A stretch of 63,219 nucleotides of DNA, counting the filler, from Octopus bimaculoides (Eukaryota), in NCBI RefSeq assembly GCF_001194135.2. It is 8 parts of 7 records of this genome, joined end to end, with 100 filler letters (N's around TTAATTAATTAA, not from the genome) between each part and the next. Parts side by side here need not be neighbours in the genome. Positions count along the whole stretch, not along the records: positions 29,458 to 45,098 come from NC_068988.1; positions 45,199 to 51,906 come from NC_068981.1; 6 more parts are not named here. One strand, 5' to 3'. A program made the position numbers and the translations under genes. Positions 37,304 through 50,549 of this stretch are shown here, piece by piece (the first letter of the stretch is position 1; the number at the start of each line of letters is the position of its first letter). The notes beneath the pieces were generated by a model. That model ran no database searches and was not told the DNA's origin. It saw nothing but the letters and a program-made list of their open reading frames with translations.

Positions 37304-39099
37304 TAATTGGATACTACTAGAATTAAAAATTCTTCTTGAAATGTTTAGAATGGTAAGCTTTATAAACTTTTAAGATGACACCTCCAACTACCAAACGTAG
37401 CTGTGTTAACCATGCGTCAATGAAAATAAAGATATTTACAATAACACCTCCTAAAGACAATTTATTCATTCAGCTTAACACCCAATGGCAGTAAACAATG
37501 AGCCTAATGATACTTTGCCAACATTAACACCATGATGCAAATCTAAAAGTGTGCAGTCGATTCAGATGAAACGCTCGTAGGTCCACCAAAAGATGCGTAA
37601 ATAATTGTTTAATGAAATTATGGGTGTGGAAATTTTCCGTTCTCCTGATTATTATCAATACTATATATATANNNNNNNNNNNNNNNNNNNNNNNNNNNNN
37701 NNNNNNNNNNNNNNNNNNNNNNNNNNNNNNNNNNNNNNNNNNNNNNNNNNNNNNNNNNNNNNNNNNNNNNNNNNNNNNNNNNNNNNNNNNNNNNNNNNNN
37801 NNNNNNNNNNNNNNNNNNNNNNNNNNNNNNNNNNNNNNNNNNNNNNNNNNNNNNNNNNNNNNNNNNNNNNNNNNNNNNTAAACAAAATCGAACACTCATA
37901 CATAATGTGTGTGTGCGTGTGTTGTTAGTTCGTGGGTCGGCTACAAATTTTAGGCTTTGGGGAATATAATCTCAATGCGCCTGGTCTTAAAATACCTGAA
38001 AGTAACACATAGGCAAGCGACACACTGACATCAAGTCCATCCTCGGGGCGCCAGACATCGATGTTTCGTCAATGTTCTGACTTTTCAACATCGCATACCG
38101 AACAATGCCTATTGCAATCTATATCGCCGAATATGACTATATGCTAAATAGTCTGAAAGCCAAGCTTTGGCATGTTCCAAACTTTATATTTTTTGAATGT
38201 ATTGTTTTCAGTTCATCTTCGAAGCTGTTCCTATTATCTCCTTATCGTTATTATTATTACATTTGAAATCTTTGAAGTCTTTCCTTTCCTTCCTCATATG
38301 TACATACACATGTATATATATATTCCATTAACGTTATCTAACAATCATTCCATCCCTCTCCCTTTCTCTGTATCTATCTCTCTTCTTCTGTCTCTCGCTT
38401 TCCCTCCCTCCTTCTCGCTCTGTTCTTCTCTGTTTCTCCCTCTCTCCCTTTCTCTCTCTCCTTCTCTCTCTATTCTCTCACTCTTTTTCCCTTTCTTCTT
38501 CTCTCTTTCTTTTTCTCTCCCACTCTGTATAGCATAACTTTTTACTTGCCCTATCATTTTTATTATTTCTGCTTATATTCCAATTGCTTGGATAAGGCGT
38601 ATACTCACGTTTTGCATCTGAAGTATCATGTCTTTTGCCAATATGTTGAAGAGATGCATTCGTAACTTATTGAAACAAGTATATAGATGCATAAAATGAC
38701 ACTGTTTTTCTGCGTTTCTCATTTTGTAATGTATCTCTGCACTTTCGCCTATCCTCCGACGTGCTGACTGGATCTATATCACGTAGGATATAAGAGTTTA
38801 ATGCGGAACTGAAGACGTTGCCTCATGATTTATGTCTCTCAGAGAAGTATACGATCCATTTTCATATCTTCTCTGTGAAATAATTGAAAGAATGAATGAA
38901 TAAAACAGTTCATACTGTCTTTTTCTACGCAACTAGAAAGGTTTCACTGAATAATAACATCTCGATGCATTTACCTGTTTGAAAATGAGAATTCCGATTG
39001 GAGAAGATTTATATTATATTCTCACACACACACACATACTCTCTCCCTCTCTCCCTCTTCTCTCCCTCTCCGTCTCCCTCTCTCTTTATATATATATAA

Positions 39100-39130
<31 letters not shown>

Positions 39131-40067
39131 AACAATATATAAGTATATGGATATATATGTACATGTATGTACATACCTTCATCTACATGTACACATAGAT
39201 ACATAACTGGGTACATGACGTGGCAAAAGAACATGGACAAAATGATAAACAAGGTACAACAAACAAGCAAGCCACATAGAAACATCTCCTTCATCAGCCG
39301 CCACCATTAAAACACCGGCGTTTCGAAGAATTAAGGCAGTACGCATCGTTGAAATGGTTCTTCCCACGAACACAAATTAAATTATTTTTGTGGAGGGTAG
39401 TGGCGGACGGAAAACAAGACCGGAAAACGAAACGGTTAATAAACAAACAAGCAAAAAGGCTGTACAGCCAGACGTGAAGTGTGTATGTATTGATCGCTGT
39501 GAAGCACGAACCGGAGGGGCAAAGAAGTCCGTGCGAGCTTGGGGAGTCCAAGAACGAAAAGAAATAGTAGCCGGACACACGTGACCAAGGCTGTATAAAG
39601 AGAAAGAATAGCAGAGGGAAAGGAAGGGGAGGAAGTAGAATTAAAGTGAACAACAAGAGGTAGGGAGAGAGAGAGGTAGTAGTAGTAACGGTGAGAGGTG
39701 AAGGTCGAGTAACAAGAGATAAAGAGAGAGAGAGAGATAGTAGTGACAGGTAGAGGCGAAGAACAGTAGAGGGAAGAACGAGAGGGGGAGATAGATATAG
39801 AGATAGAGAGAGTCGCGTTAGAAAAATATAAAGTACAAATTTACACAAAAAAGAACACAGGAGTAGGAACAACTAGAAGGTGTATTAGTTTAAAGTTCGG
39901 GTAAAATGGAAAAGTCTTTTACGTTTCGAGCCTACGATCGAAAGGATTAAGAGAGAAACAAAATAGAGAGAGAATGAAAAAAAAAAACGGAGAGAGAGAA
40001 AATGTGCAGCGTTCAATGGTCCAACGTGGCGAGATGACTGGAAAAAAAGAAGTTGAATGAAAGGGAG

Positions 40068-40165
<98 letters not shown>

Positions 40166-40210
40166 AAGAAGAAGAAGAAGAAGAAGAAGAAGAAGAAGAA
40201 GAAGAAGAAG
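40068..40210. repeat. (AAT)n(AAG)n compound microsatellite
   Basis: Direct reading. Confidence 0.95.
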
Positions 40211-40673
40211 AGGGAATTAGATAAAGGAACCCGTGGAAGACTTGAAGGAAGCGGTCTCTTAACGAAAATAATTTTAAAAAACGAAATTTTACTACCATAC
40301 AAAGCACAGTTTCTCCTATATACGATGTCTCTTGCGAAAAATGCACGAAGCCAGCAACGGACAGTTTACAAATTATAAAATAGAAATGGAATAAAACGGT
40401 CTACACAATCAAATATACATTTTGATACCCATAGGACTACACATACATCTCAATGTTTACACAACTACGCGAAATTTACAGGACACACATTCTCGCATAT
40501 GAAAACACGTGTCACAAACGAAGCAAAAATTAAAAACAAAACTTTTTATGTATTTATTTTGAACTAATACAGGCAGAGTGAACTATTCATATGATTAAAA
40601 ACACCACAAAAACTATGCTGGGAGATATAACTACCAACCAAAAAATACAGACGAATACAGATGTGTTAGTCTT

Positions 40674-41062
40674 AAGAAGCTACAGTACGAGCAATGTTTA
40701 CATGCAGAGAACTCGGTGACGGTGTTGTCTCAAAAAATTGACCCTAAACAGACAAATCCACCCCTAATGTCAACGTCAAAGCTCGTAATGCCTTAATGAT
40801 AACAAAGTAAATTACAAACCAGATTAGTCGTCGACTGGATCACAAAGGGCCATGTACTCGATATAGACCTGAAGAAGCTACGTTACGAGCAGTGTTTACA
40901 TTCAGAGAACTCAGAGACGGTGTTGTCTCAAAAAATTAACACTAAACAGATAGATCTGTCCCCTAATGTCAACGTCGAAGCTCGTCATGCCTCACTGTTG
41001 ACAAAGCAAAATACAAACTGAAATGGTCATCGACCGGATTACAAAAGGCGCCGTACTCGAAT
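40674..41062 (+). repeat. Tandem duplication with ~199-bp unit
   Basis: aagaagctac..gagaactc..gacggtgttgtctcaaaaaatt..cccctaatgtcaacgtc.aagctcgt..gtactcga occurs at 40674 and 40872. Confidence 0.95.
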
Positions 41063-42575
41063 GAGGAACCAGATTCGATACGAGAAATCAGTTACTGGTT
41101 CAACTCTTCCCGACACACAGGAGCTGGTAGTACCCCACAATCGGGATATTTCAACAGATGGCCATCCATGCTCGTCATCAAACAACCAAAGGAAAAGAAT
41201 AAAAAACGGTCTAGGGAAGATAATAAAGAAGTTCTTACGGCCTTCTACCATGCCATATATTTCCCCATAAATAAATCTAATACTGTACAAACCTACTTAA
41301 ACTGGAGACAAAAACACGTTGAAGTAAGACCCTACATAGACAGTAACAAACTTTGCAACGTCAGAAGAAACATGAAAAAATATAACTTTCTGATGTAGAG
41401 ATTGACCAAATTATACAAGCAGTAAGAGATAAAAAGAAAGAAGTTGCAGCTAAAGAAGATACTGCAGAGGAAATAATTATAGACCAGGCCAGAGCTGAAG
41501 AAAATGAGGTAATGATTGAAAGAGTTCGTATAACTAATAAGCGAAGTGAAATACTCTCTGAACCAACCATAAACACTAAGGCCGATGAAAATCAAATAGA
41601 TGGAAAAAGTCACACAGAAATTGACCCAACAGAACTACACGATCAAAAATTCAAATCATGATTGAATGGCTGAAAATTAAAGAAACCAGCATGAATGAAC
41701 GCGATACTCTCCCAAAAATTCGCAATTCTAACCAAAACCTGAAAATAATTGGTAAAATCCACCTTGCATTTAACGATATAATTTCAGCTGATGATGTTGA
41801 AATTACAGATCTCAACCACCTGTACAACGCATCCGCGAAAATCTCAACGATTGTATGTAGTGAAAAGATTAGAAAACGACAACATTCCTACAAAAAGACT
41901 TCTTGGCGAGAGCGTATTCAACACCAAATTAATCTAGTTGGCTTTAACATAGAATGTTTGAAAAACCTGAAAATTAAAGAAAAAATATATGAAAACCATA
42001 TTTAATATTGATACCACCATAGAAACCATCAAGCAAAAGGTATGAGGTAAAACCGCCCGCATAGCAAGGTATGAAAATCGCGTAAGATTCTTCAAGGACA
42101 ACAACATATTCAAAAATAGCTCCAAAATTTTTTACAGGAAGATAGGGAAGATACCAGTTACAGTAAAGCCTGTCCCATCAAAAGAAGTGCAGGAATTTTG
42201 GATTAAATCTTGGACAGAAGAAAAAAAACACAATGAAAATGCCCCTTGAATTGATAGAATATCTACAGACATAGACTCCTTAGAGGAGCAAAATTGGGAG
42301 GGTTTCAAGGTAGAAGATATAAAATCTGTTCTCAGGAGGTCAAGCAAATGGAAGTCACCAGAAAAGGATAAAATTTCTAACTTCTTGTTGAATGCCTTCC
42401 CAGAGAGCCATGAAATACTAACAAAACGTTACAACGATGTTTTTCAACATCCTAGTATGATCCCCTCTTGGCTAGTTAATGGTTTAACATTCCGACTTAC
42501 AAAAAATTAAGAAAAAATGAACCAAAAATATTATCGACCCATAACCTGCTGACCATGCACAGACAAAAATAACTT
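41061..42575 (+). mobile_element. R4/Dong-type non-LTR retrotransposon, 5' part of ORF up to the start of RT (pseudogene)
   Basis: KRSREDNKEVLTAFYHA, ITDLNHLYNASA, SWRERIQHQI, KTARIARYENRVRFFKDNNIFKNSSKIFYRKI, VQEFW, KWKSPEKDKISNFLL, IPSWLVNGLT..YRPITCL; ends at a (CA)n tract. Confidence 0.88.
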
Positions 42576-42621
42576 TCGCCCACAAACATACACTATACAT
42601 ATGCACACTATTTGGTGACAG

Positions 42622-42681
<60 letters not shown>

Positions 42682-42900
42682 ACACACATACACACACACA
42701 CACATACACACACACACACACATTCACTTACATACACATGTGCAGACACCACCTGAAAAAGCACACATCAACTGCTACACACAACATACACACAAACATA
42801 AACACGTTAGACTCGCCCCTATTCGCATATACACACTCGTGCAGACCATTCTCACATGCACACACAAGCTTAGGTTCGCCATTACTTTTACCGTTGTTAC

Positions 42901-42970
<70 letters not shown>

Positions 42971-43084
42971 GAGTGAGAGAGCAGTGTTCAAGTCTGTGTT
43001 CAAGTATTACGTGCTTGTATGGGTGTGGGAGTGTGCATGATGCTGTGTGATGTGTGTTTTGAGTCAAACAGTGTGTGTGGTTGT

Positions 43085-43500
43085 TCATACAGTGATATGT
43101 GTGGTGACGCTATTAAAGATTGTGTGTAGTTGTGTGGATAATGGTGTGCAGTATGGATGCTGAGAAGTGTTTGTTGCTAATGTCTGGAATGGGAAGGTGT
43201 TTGTGGTTGTCTGCGAACTGAGCAATGAATTGAACACTGTATATGGGTGTTTGCATAGTGGTATATGTGGGGTGAGGTTACCGAAGTAGCCGGTATGCAA
43301 GCGTGTAGGTAGAGGAGAGCGACTGAATGTGGTGTGTATAGGAATCCGTATGTGGTTGGTATCAGATGAACAAAGGTGGTGAGTTGAGCCCATTCAGCGC
43401 GAAGGAAAAAAGAAGGAAGATTAATTCCTGTTCACGGCGAAGGCAGGGGTCCGGGTGGCCCCTATGCAGAGACAGTCCGAATACAGACAGATATTAAAGT
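43085..43500 (-). mobile_element. Unclassified CA-rich repeat, possibly a LINE 5' region
   Basis: Strong strand bias, T/H/P-rich low-information ORF, GC-rich end ggggccacccggacccctgccttcgccg. Confidence 0.3.
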
Positions 43501-43702
43501 ATCAAGCGCTTGTTGGAGTGGGAGTGTGCGTGATGTTGTGTTGCTTGTGTACTGAGTTAAACAGTGTGTGTGAATATATACATACAAATATATATATATA
43601 TAATCAAATTAAGCAACAGGATATCAAGACGTGACGCAGAAGACCGTTTCAAGGGGCTCCATTTAATTGAACAATGCAATCATTACATCAATCTAAATAC
43701 AG

Positions 43703-43994
43703 CGCTATCCTCAGCTGCATAAATAATTAGAACGTTTTTTTTTTTTAATCAGTCGGACACATTAATATAATTTTACTAAAATTCTCTAATAGAGCAAGAA
43801 GAGGGAGAAAGTCCGTGTTGCTACTAATGTAACTCAGAATATCTGAGTCATATTAGTAGCAACCCGGACTTTCTCCCTCTTCTTGCTCTACTAAAGAATT
43901 TGAGTAAAATTATATTAATGTGTCCAACTGATTAAAAAGAAATAAATATTTTTTTTTTAAATTCTATTTATTTATGCGGTTGAGGATAGCTGTG
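43703..43994. repeat. Long palindrome: ~135-150-bp arms centred on ctcag-aatat-ctgag
   Basis: Arms match apart from a ~20-bp indel and a few substitutions; the right arm runs into the gap. Confidence 0.95.
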
Positions 43995-44589
43995 NNNNNN
44001 NNNNNNNNNNNNNNNNNNNNNNNNNNNNNNNNNNNNNNNNNNNNNNNNNNNNNNNNNNNNNNNNNNNNNNNNNNNNNNNNNNNNNNNNNNNNNNNNNNNN
44101 NNNNNNNNNNNNNNNNNNNNNNNNNNNNNNNNNNNNNNNNNNNNNNNNNNNNNNNNNNNNNNNNNNNNNNNNNNNNNNNNNNNNNNNNNNNNNNNNNNNN
44201 NNNNNNNNNNNNNNNNNNNNNNNNNNNNNNNNNNNNNNNNNNNNTATATATATATATATATATATTTATTTATTTATATATATATATATCTCGAAAGAAT
44301 ATAATCTAGGTAATTCTTTTTATACATACGTATATATGTTGGTATGGACACACACACATATAATTCTTTTGGGAACCGCACACATTTGTGTACTATCCGT
44401 AATATCCAAAAGCGTTTTACCACCCAATAATTGCCACTTATAGCTTTATGCTATTCCAAAATGAATTACTTCACGTTCTCTCGAAAGATTGCAAAATTTT
44501 ACGGCAAAGACATATATATGTAAGAATGAGGTGCTTTCTAGAAGTTTTGAAAAAATTTCAGTTCAGATATTTATTAATATCAAAGAAGT

Positions 44590-44860
44590 ACAAAACTTTA
44601 ATTACCTTCATAGTAGGATCCTCTGATTTTAAGACACTTGTGATGCTCGCGCCATTTCATGGAGGCCCTTTTGAAGTCTTATAATGGGAAAGTATCTAGT
44701 CCCTTTCCCATGGCATCCATCATCTTTTCAGTGTCTGCAAAGCAGTTCTAGTGCGTTTCATAAGTTTCTATAGTTTTTGTCCGGTTTCACACAAAATTTA
44801 TAGTTTATCGAGCTTTTTAATTGTCTTCACAACTCGACTATATTCTGCAAACTAGTCATC
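44590..44860 (-). mobile_element. Internally deleted mariner remnant
   Basis: Minus strand KFCVKPDK..ETYE (N-terminus) joined to DFKRASMKWREHHKCLKIRGSYYEG (C-terminus). Confidence 0.55.
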
Positions 44861-45006
44861 TGCGACAAGGAGTGTTGAGAAGATTATTTTTAAAGTGCTG
44901 TTACAGCCATCCCTTTTCTATGGTATAACAAGTGTCGGCTGGTCAGTTTTTTTAGATACATGCGCACACACACATATATATGTCTATATGTATGTAAGTA
45001 TGTATG

Positions 45007-45053
<47 letters not shown>

Positions 45054-45379
45054 CTATATGTATGTATGTATGTATCTATGTATATATATATATATATANN
45101 NNNNNNNNNNNNNNNNNNNNNNNNNNNNNNNNNNNNNNNNNNTTAATTAATTAANNNNNNNNNNNNNNNNNNNNNNNNNNNNNNNNNNNNNNNNNNNNGA
45201 ATAACAGCTGTATTAACGTTACATCACACTGCCACTCCATATTTGTCGCTCACACAACGCTATTCTTGCCTTCCCTGATATCAGCCACACTCACTATGCC
45301 ACCACATGTTCCTCACTCTAACACTCTTTGCACTCTTTTCTTCATTTTATCAAATGATATCCCAACCACCCTAAGGGAC

Positions 45380-45540
45380 CCATTATAGGTTTTTTATTGA
45401 AATCCAATTAGCCTCCTATAATTGAACTGGATGTTAGTTTAACATGTATGCAAAGTTTCATCAAGATTGGTTCACTGGTGTAGGTAGCCAGATGGTAACA
45501 GAGAGATCGACAGACAAAAATTGCCATTTATATATAAGAT
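45380..45540 (+). mobile_element. Non-autonomous Helitron/DINE-like element
   Basis: tatgcaaagtttcatcaagattggttcactggt..acagagagatcgacagacaaaaattgccatttatatata. Confidence 0.4.
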
Positions 45541-46111
45541 ATATACGCATAGACACACACACATGTTTCTATATTTATGTTATTAGTGCCTGGAAAGTGA
45601 GAGAAATGAGGAGGGGAAGAGAGAAAGCGAGAAAACAGGTTATAAGTTAAACATTTTCAGATAAAATATAGAATAGCATTATCATTTTCCTATTGAGAGG
45701 AAATATTTGCATCTGTGATTATCTTTGAAAAAAAAAATACTGGAATGCCAATTCTTTTCGAATAGCTTTTACTTATTTTCCCAAAAGTTACTGAAATATA
45801 TCTTGTCTATACAATACTGTAGTAGACATTTTTGTAAAGTTGTACTTTGTGTTTGGTTTCCATTGATTACCTATAGATTTAGACGGATGTTTGACATCTT
45901 TATTTAGACATGTTTTAATGAATATATAACTACAGATCTCCCCCTCTCGCTATATATATCTATCTGTCTGTATGTCTATCTTATTCAATATTTTATTTCA
46001 ATGATATTTAATTCCTTTTAAAAGACGCTCTGACAAGCGTTTCTAAAGTCAATACACTTCATATAGAGTGGGAAAATGATCTTCAAATTTGAAGAAAGAA
46101 GAAAAAAAAAC

Positions 46112-46168
<57 letters not shown>

Positions 46169-46258
46169 GCCGAAACTCTTTTCCTAAATCTATACGAGCA
46201 ACTTAAATTTTAAACATTGCAAATGAATAAAACAAAAAGTACACACACTCATACACAC

Positions 46259-46340
<82 letters not shown>

Positions 46341-46614
46341 GTACACACACACACACACACACACATACATATATATTACAAAAGGTTTAAATATGATACT
46401 TTGTTTTCAAATGTAATAAATACAGTTATATATCACTATGTCATTCTCCGTTTTTCAGTGGAATTTTGAAGATGCACATTTTACATTTGTAACTTAATAC
46501 ATTCCCACATTGACAGCTCAAATATTTAACCTCACTTTACTTATTTTGTTTACAGAATCAACAAAAAGACCACTGACGTAGCAGCAGCTGCAGCAGGGAA
46601 AGAAGAAGAAGAAT

Positions 46615-46661
<47 letters not shown>

Positions 46662-46699
46662 ACAGAAGCAATGATATTAATATTAATAATAACAATAGT

Positions 46700-46860
46700 A
46701 TCAATACTTGCTACTATAGGCAAAAGGCCCGAAATTACGACCTCAGTACGCATCTGGTACGTATTTTATCGGCTCTGAAATGATAAAAGGCAAAATCGAC
46801 CTCGGCGGAATTTGACCTCATAGCGTAAAGACGGACGGCATGTAATCAAGCATTTTTGCG
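46700..46860 (-). mobile_element. SINE family C, partial
   Basis: ctggtacgtattttatcggc..aaaggcaaaatcgacctcggcggaatttgacctcatagcgt. Confidence 0.75.
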
Positions 46861-47494
46861 ATTTTGGCTCTGATCAAAATAGCTTGATGACGGCCTGCCG
46901 GGGCTTGATCAAATACTCCCTGCCTGCCGTGCGCGACACCTTCACTGTTAGCAGTACCTGACTAGTTAGCGGAATTGTGGTTGTTATTTAATTTTGACAT
47001 CATACATTTTAAGGTAGATTTGTAAGGTTGTACAATTACCAGTATTTTTATCGAGACGCCATCACTAGGTGAGTTACTATCCAAGGTTCTGAGAGTCCAC
47101 ACCTATCCTAGAGTACACTGCTTTTAGTGCCAGTCTCATCCACTCCATTCTTTTATATCCTTGTATTTGACATTTTCACTCCTGAGAATTTTGATGTTGA
47201 GGTGACACAACCATCAGTGTTTTTATTGAAACACTTTCTCTATAGAGGTTGCCGACCAAGACTAAAGAGACCCCTCCTGCCATGAGACCGGTTTAAACCA
47301 GCCAGATGCCAACTTGGTATTTCTGGGGTACCGGGGTGGGCTCACAAGTTCTACACTTTGCTCAACGGTTACCTGAAGGTATTTGTGGTTAAGGATAACT
47401 TTATTCTTCCCATGTCGTGACGTCACAAACGGGCGCAATTTCATGCCTTACTCAGGACGTATAATATTTACCAATTATAGAAAAGGAAAAGCAA

Positions 47495-47776
47495 ATTGAC
47501 ATAACAATTATAGAGAAGGAAAGCGAAGTTGCTTCCTTATCGCCCCATCATGACCGTTTGATTCCAGGATCGAAAGAAAAGGAAAAAAAAAAAAATACAA
47601 TCCCTTAAAATTTGAAATAAGAATTTTCGGTATGCGAGCAGTAAAAGTCGTGGTTATAATAACTGGTGCATTGGAAACAGTATGCAAAAGTATAGCCAAA
47701 TGGCTGAAGGAGATTGAAATAGAATTCCTGGTAGAGCTCCTACGGAAAGTTTGTTTCTTAGGGACAACAAAGATCA
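47495..47776 (+). mobile_element. R4/Dong-type RLE endonuclease fragment
   Basis: DITIIEKES..CFLI..PFDSRIERK..KKYNPLKFEIR..VKVVVIITGALETV..WLKEIEI..LLRKVCFLGTTKI. Confidence 0.85.
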
Positions 47777-48359
47777 CCAGTGCGTAACTGGTACTTAATT
47801 TATCGACCCCGAAAGGATGAAAGGCAAAGTCGACCTCGGCGAAAATTGAACCCAGAACGTAAAAACAAATGAAATACCGCTAAGCATTTCCCCCGGCGTG
47901 CTAAAGTTTCTTATTTCTTTACTGCCCACAAAGGGCTACACACAGAGGAAACAAACAAGGACAGACAAACGGATTAATTTGATTATATCGACCCCAGTGC
48001 GTAACTGGTACTTATTCAATCGACCCCGAAAGGATGAAAGGCAAAGTCGACCTCGGCGGAATTTGAACTCAGAATGTAGCGGCAGACGAAATACCGCTAA
48101 GCATTTCGCCCGGCGTGCTAACGTTTCTTATTTCTTTATTGCCCACAAGGGGCCAAACATAGAGGGGACAAACAAAGACAGACAAAGGGATTAAGTCGAT
48201 TGCATCGACCCTAGTGCGTAACTGGTTCTTAATTTATCGACCTGGAAAGGCTGAAAGGCAAAATCGACGTCGGCGAAATTTGAACTCAGAACGTAAAAAC
48301 AAACGAAATACTCCTAAGCATTTCGCCCGGCGTGCTAACGTTTCTGCCAGCTCGCTGCC
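47777..48359 (-). mobile_element. Head-to-tail trimer of SINE family C (period 217 bp)
   Basis: Units start at 47777, 47994 and 48211; only the rightmost has the full 5' head ggcagcgagctggcag. Confidence 0.92.
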
Positions 48360-48921
48360 TTCTTATTGTGAATATTATCTGATCGAAAGCATCATTATAT
48401 ACTATATTTAGCACCCACAAAATTTCCTAAACAAAAATTTCGCACCATAAATATTAACTAATGCTAATCTTATTACCTGTAGAACTACTAATTTTACCAC
48501 CCAGGAAAATTCTATTCACGTAAATTTGCTAACATAATTAATCACAACGCTAGTCCAAAACAATAATATCATTGTACCGTCAGCAGAATTCTAATGAATT
48601 TCATTTATAATCCTGAAAATATTCTGTTCTTTTATACTTACCTCCCACACAGGACCAACTGTCAGTAGTTTATCATTAAGTTGTTTTTTCAGTGTCACCG
48701 TGCCGGAGCTCTTTCAGCCATTTATGATGTATAATGAGAAAGCCTTAGAATCTACAGTGCCAGTTGCTTAATGACTGAGAATGAAAAATTCTGGCCACTG
48801 AGTTATGCAATCTTAGTTTTTGATATTCAAAGGAGTAAGTAATATCTTAATGTATATGTAATTCACACAACCGTGGAACCATCAAATTATGTAAGACGCT
48901 CCCCCCCTCTCTCTCTCTCGC

Positions 48922-48947
<26 letters not shown>

Positions 48948-48953
<6 letters not shown>

Positions 48954-49143
48954 TATTTGGGTACAGGACATCACCAACAGTGTAAACCACATGAAATACG
49001 AAAACAAAGGAATTAAATACTCAAACAAGGAGAGTAAAATATAGAAAACAGGACAAGTAAACACAGAGAACGGCCCTTCATCAGTTGTCGGCTGTCTATC
49101 TACTCCTCATTTCGAGCATTGAACGACAACATGAAACTTCAAA
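48948..49143 (-). mobile_element. Repeat family D (inverted partner of 50101-50290)
   Basis: Reverse-complement match over ~190 bp. Confidence 0.8.
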
Positions 49144-49583
49144 NNNNNNNNNNNNNNNNNNNNNNNNNNNNNNNNNNNNNNNNNNNNNNNNNNNNNNNNN
49201 NNNNNNNNNNNNNNNNNNNNNNNNNNNNNNNNNNNNNNNNNNNNNNNNNNNNNNNNNNNNNNNNNNNNNNNNNNNNNNNNNNNNNNNNNNNNNNNNNNNN
49301 NNNNNNNNNNNNNNNNNNNNNNNNNNNNNNNNNNNNNNNNNNNNNNNNNNNNNNNNNNNNNNNNNNNNNNNNNNNNNNNNNNNNNNNNNNNNNNNNNNNN
49401 NNNNNNNNNNNNNNNNNNNNNNNNNNNNNNNNNNNNNNNNNNNNNNNNNNNNNNNNNNNNNNNNNNNNNNNNNNNNNNNNNNNNNNNNNNNNNNNNNNNN
49501 NNNNNNNNNNNNNNNNNNNNNNNNNNNNNNNNNNNNNNNNNNNNNNNNNNNNNNNNNNNNNNNNNNNNNNNNNNNNNNNNNNN

Positions 49584-49618
<35 letters not shown>

Positions 49619-50100
49619 ACATACATATACATATATATACATATATTATTTATATTATATTTATTTAATTAAACGCCACGTATACATTTCCAAGTAAGTT
49701 TATCTTAACCTTTTTGATGCGACTCTATACTGTTTTCTTCCTTCATCCTTCTCTAATTCCCTTTTCTCCCTTCCCAGTTTCACCGTTTTCTATCTCTCTC
49801 TCTCTCCCCTCTTTCTCTTTTTCTCTTTCTCGTTGCTTACACGTGACCATCGTCCATCCTTCTTTTCTTGCACAGACGTTCAAAGGACTGGACATTTTCC
49901 TTCTCTCTCTTCAATCTTTTCTCTTTTCAAAGAAAATATTTCCCCCACCGTTCACTATTTTCCTCTTGTTCTGGTCTACCTAACCTCCATGTTTGTTTTC
50001 GTTCGGTTTTCTTGTATGTCTACACTGTCATGTTTTTGTTCCCAACTTTGACCTTCCATAAATATTAAATTTTATTTTAGAATTGATGGGAGCATCTGTC

Positions 50101-50290
50101 TTTGAAGACTCGTTGTCGTTGAATCTTCGAAATGAGGAGTAGATAGACAGCCGATAACTGCTGAAGGGTCGTTCTGTTAGTTTATTTGTCCTGTTTTCCA
50201 TTTTTTCTCTAATGTGCGTACTTAACTCGTATGTTTTCGTATTTTATTTGGTTTACACAGTTAGTGACGTCCTGTACCCATATATGCATA
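50101..50290 (+). mobile_element. Repeat family D
   Basis: cttcgaaatgaggagtagatagacagccgataactgctgaagggtcg..gtgacgtcctgtacccatatatgc. Confidence 0.8.
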
Positions 50291-50549
50291 TATATATATA
50301 TATATANNNNNNNNNNGTGTGTGTGTATACACATATATATATATGCATATATATTATTTACATTATATTTATTTAATTGAACGCCACGCATCCATTCCCA
50401 AGTAAGATTTTATATATACATTTCTGCGATGGTTTTTCGTAAGCAGCGTCGATTTTTATAATTCTGTACTTAATAATAATATCATTTAATAAGCTCAATG
50501 CTAATAAGCTATCGCCGTGCAATGGCTAAAGAAAATAGTCAAATAACGA

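Noticed and set aside
39915-39946. Hammerhead-like GCTC-GAAACGTA on the minus strand
   Set aside because: The CUGANGA half is missing in this copy.
47180-47460. Possible HDV-like ribozyme in an RTE-like 5' region (also considered at 43420-43480)
   Set aside because: Could not build the nested double pseudoknot by hand; needs an RNArobo/Infernal search.
47777-48359. Regularly spaced repeats resembling a CRISPR array
   Set aside because: Units are 217-bp SINE copies with no unique spacers and no cas genes; eukaryotic context.
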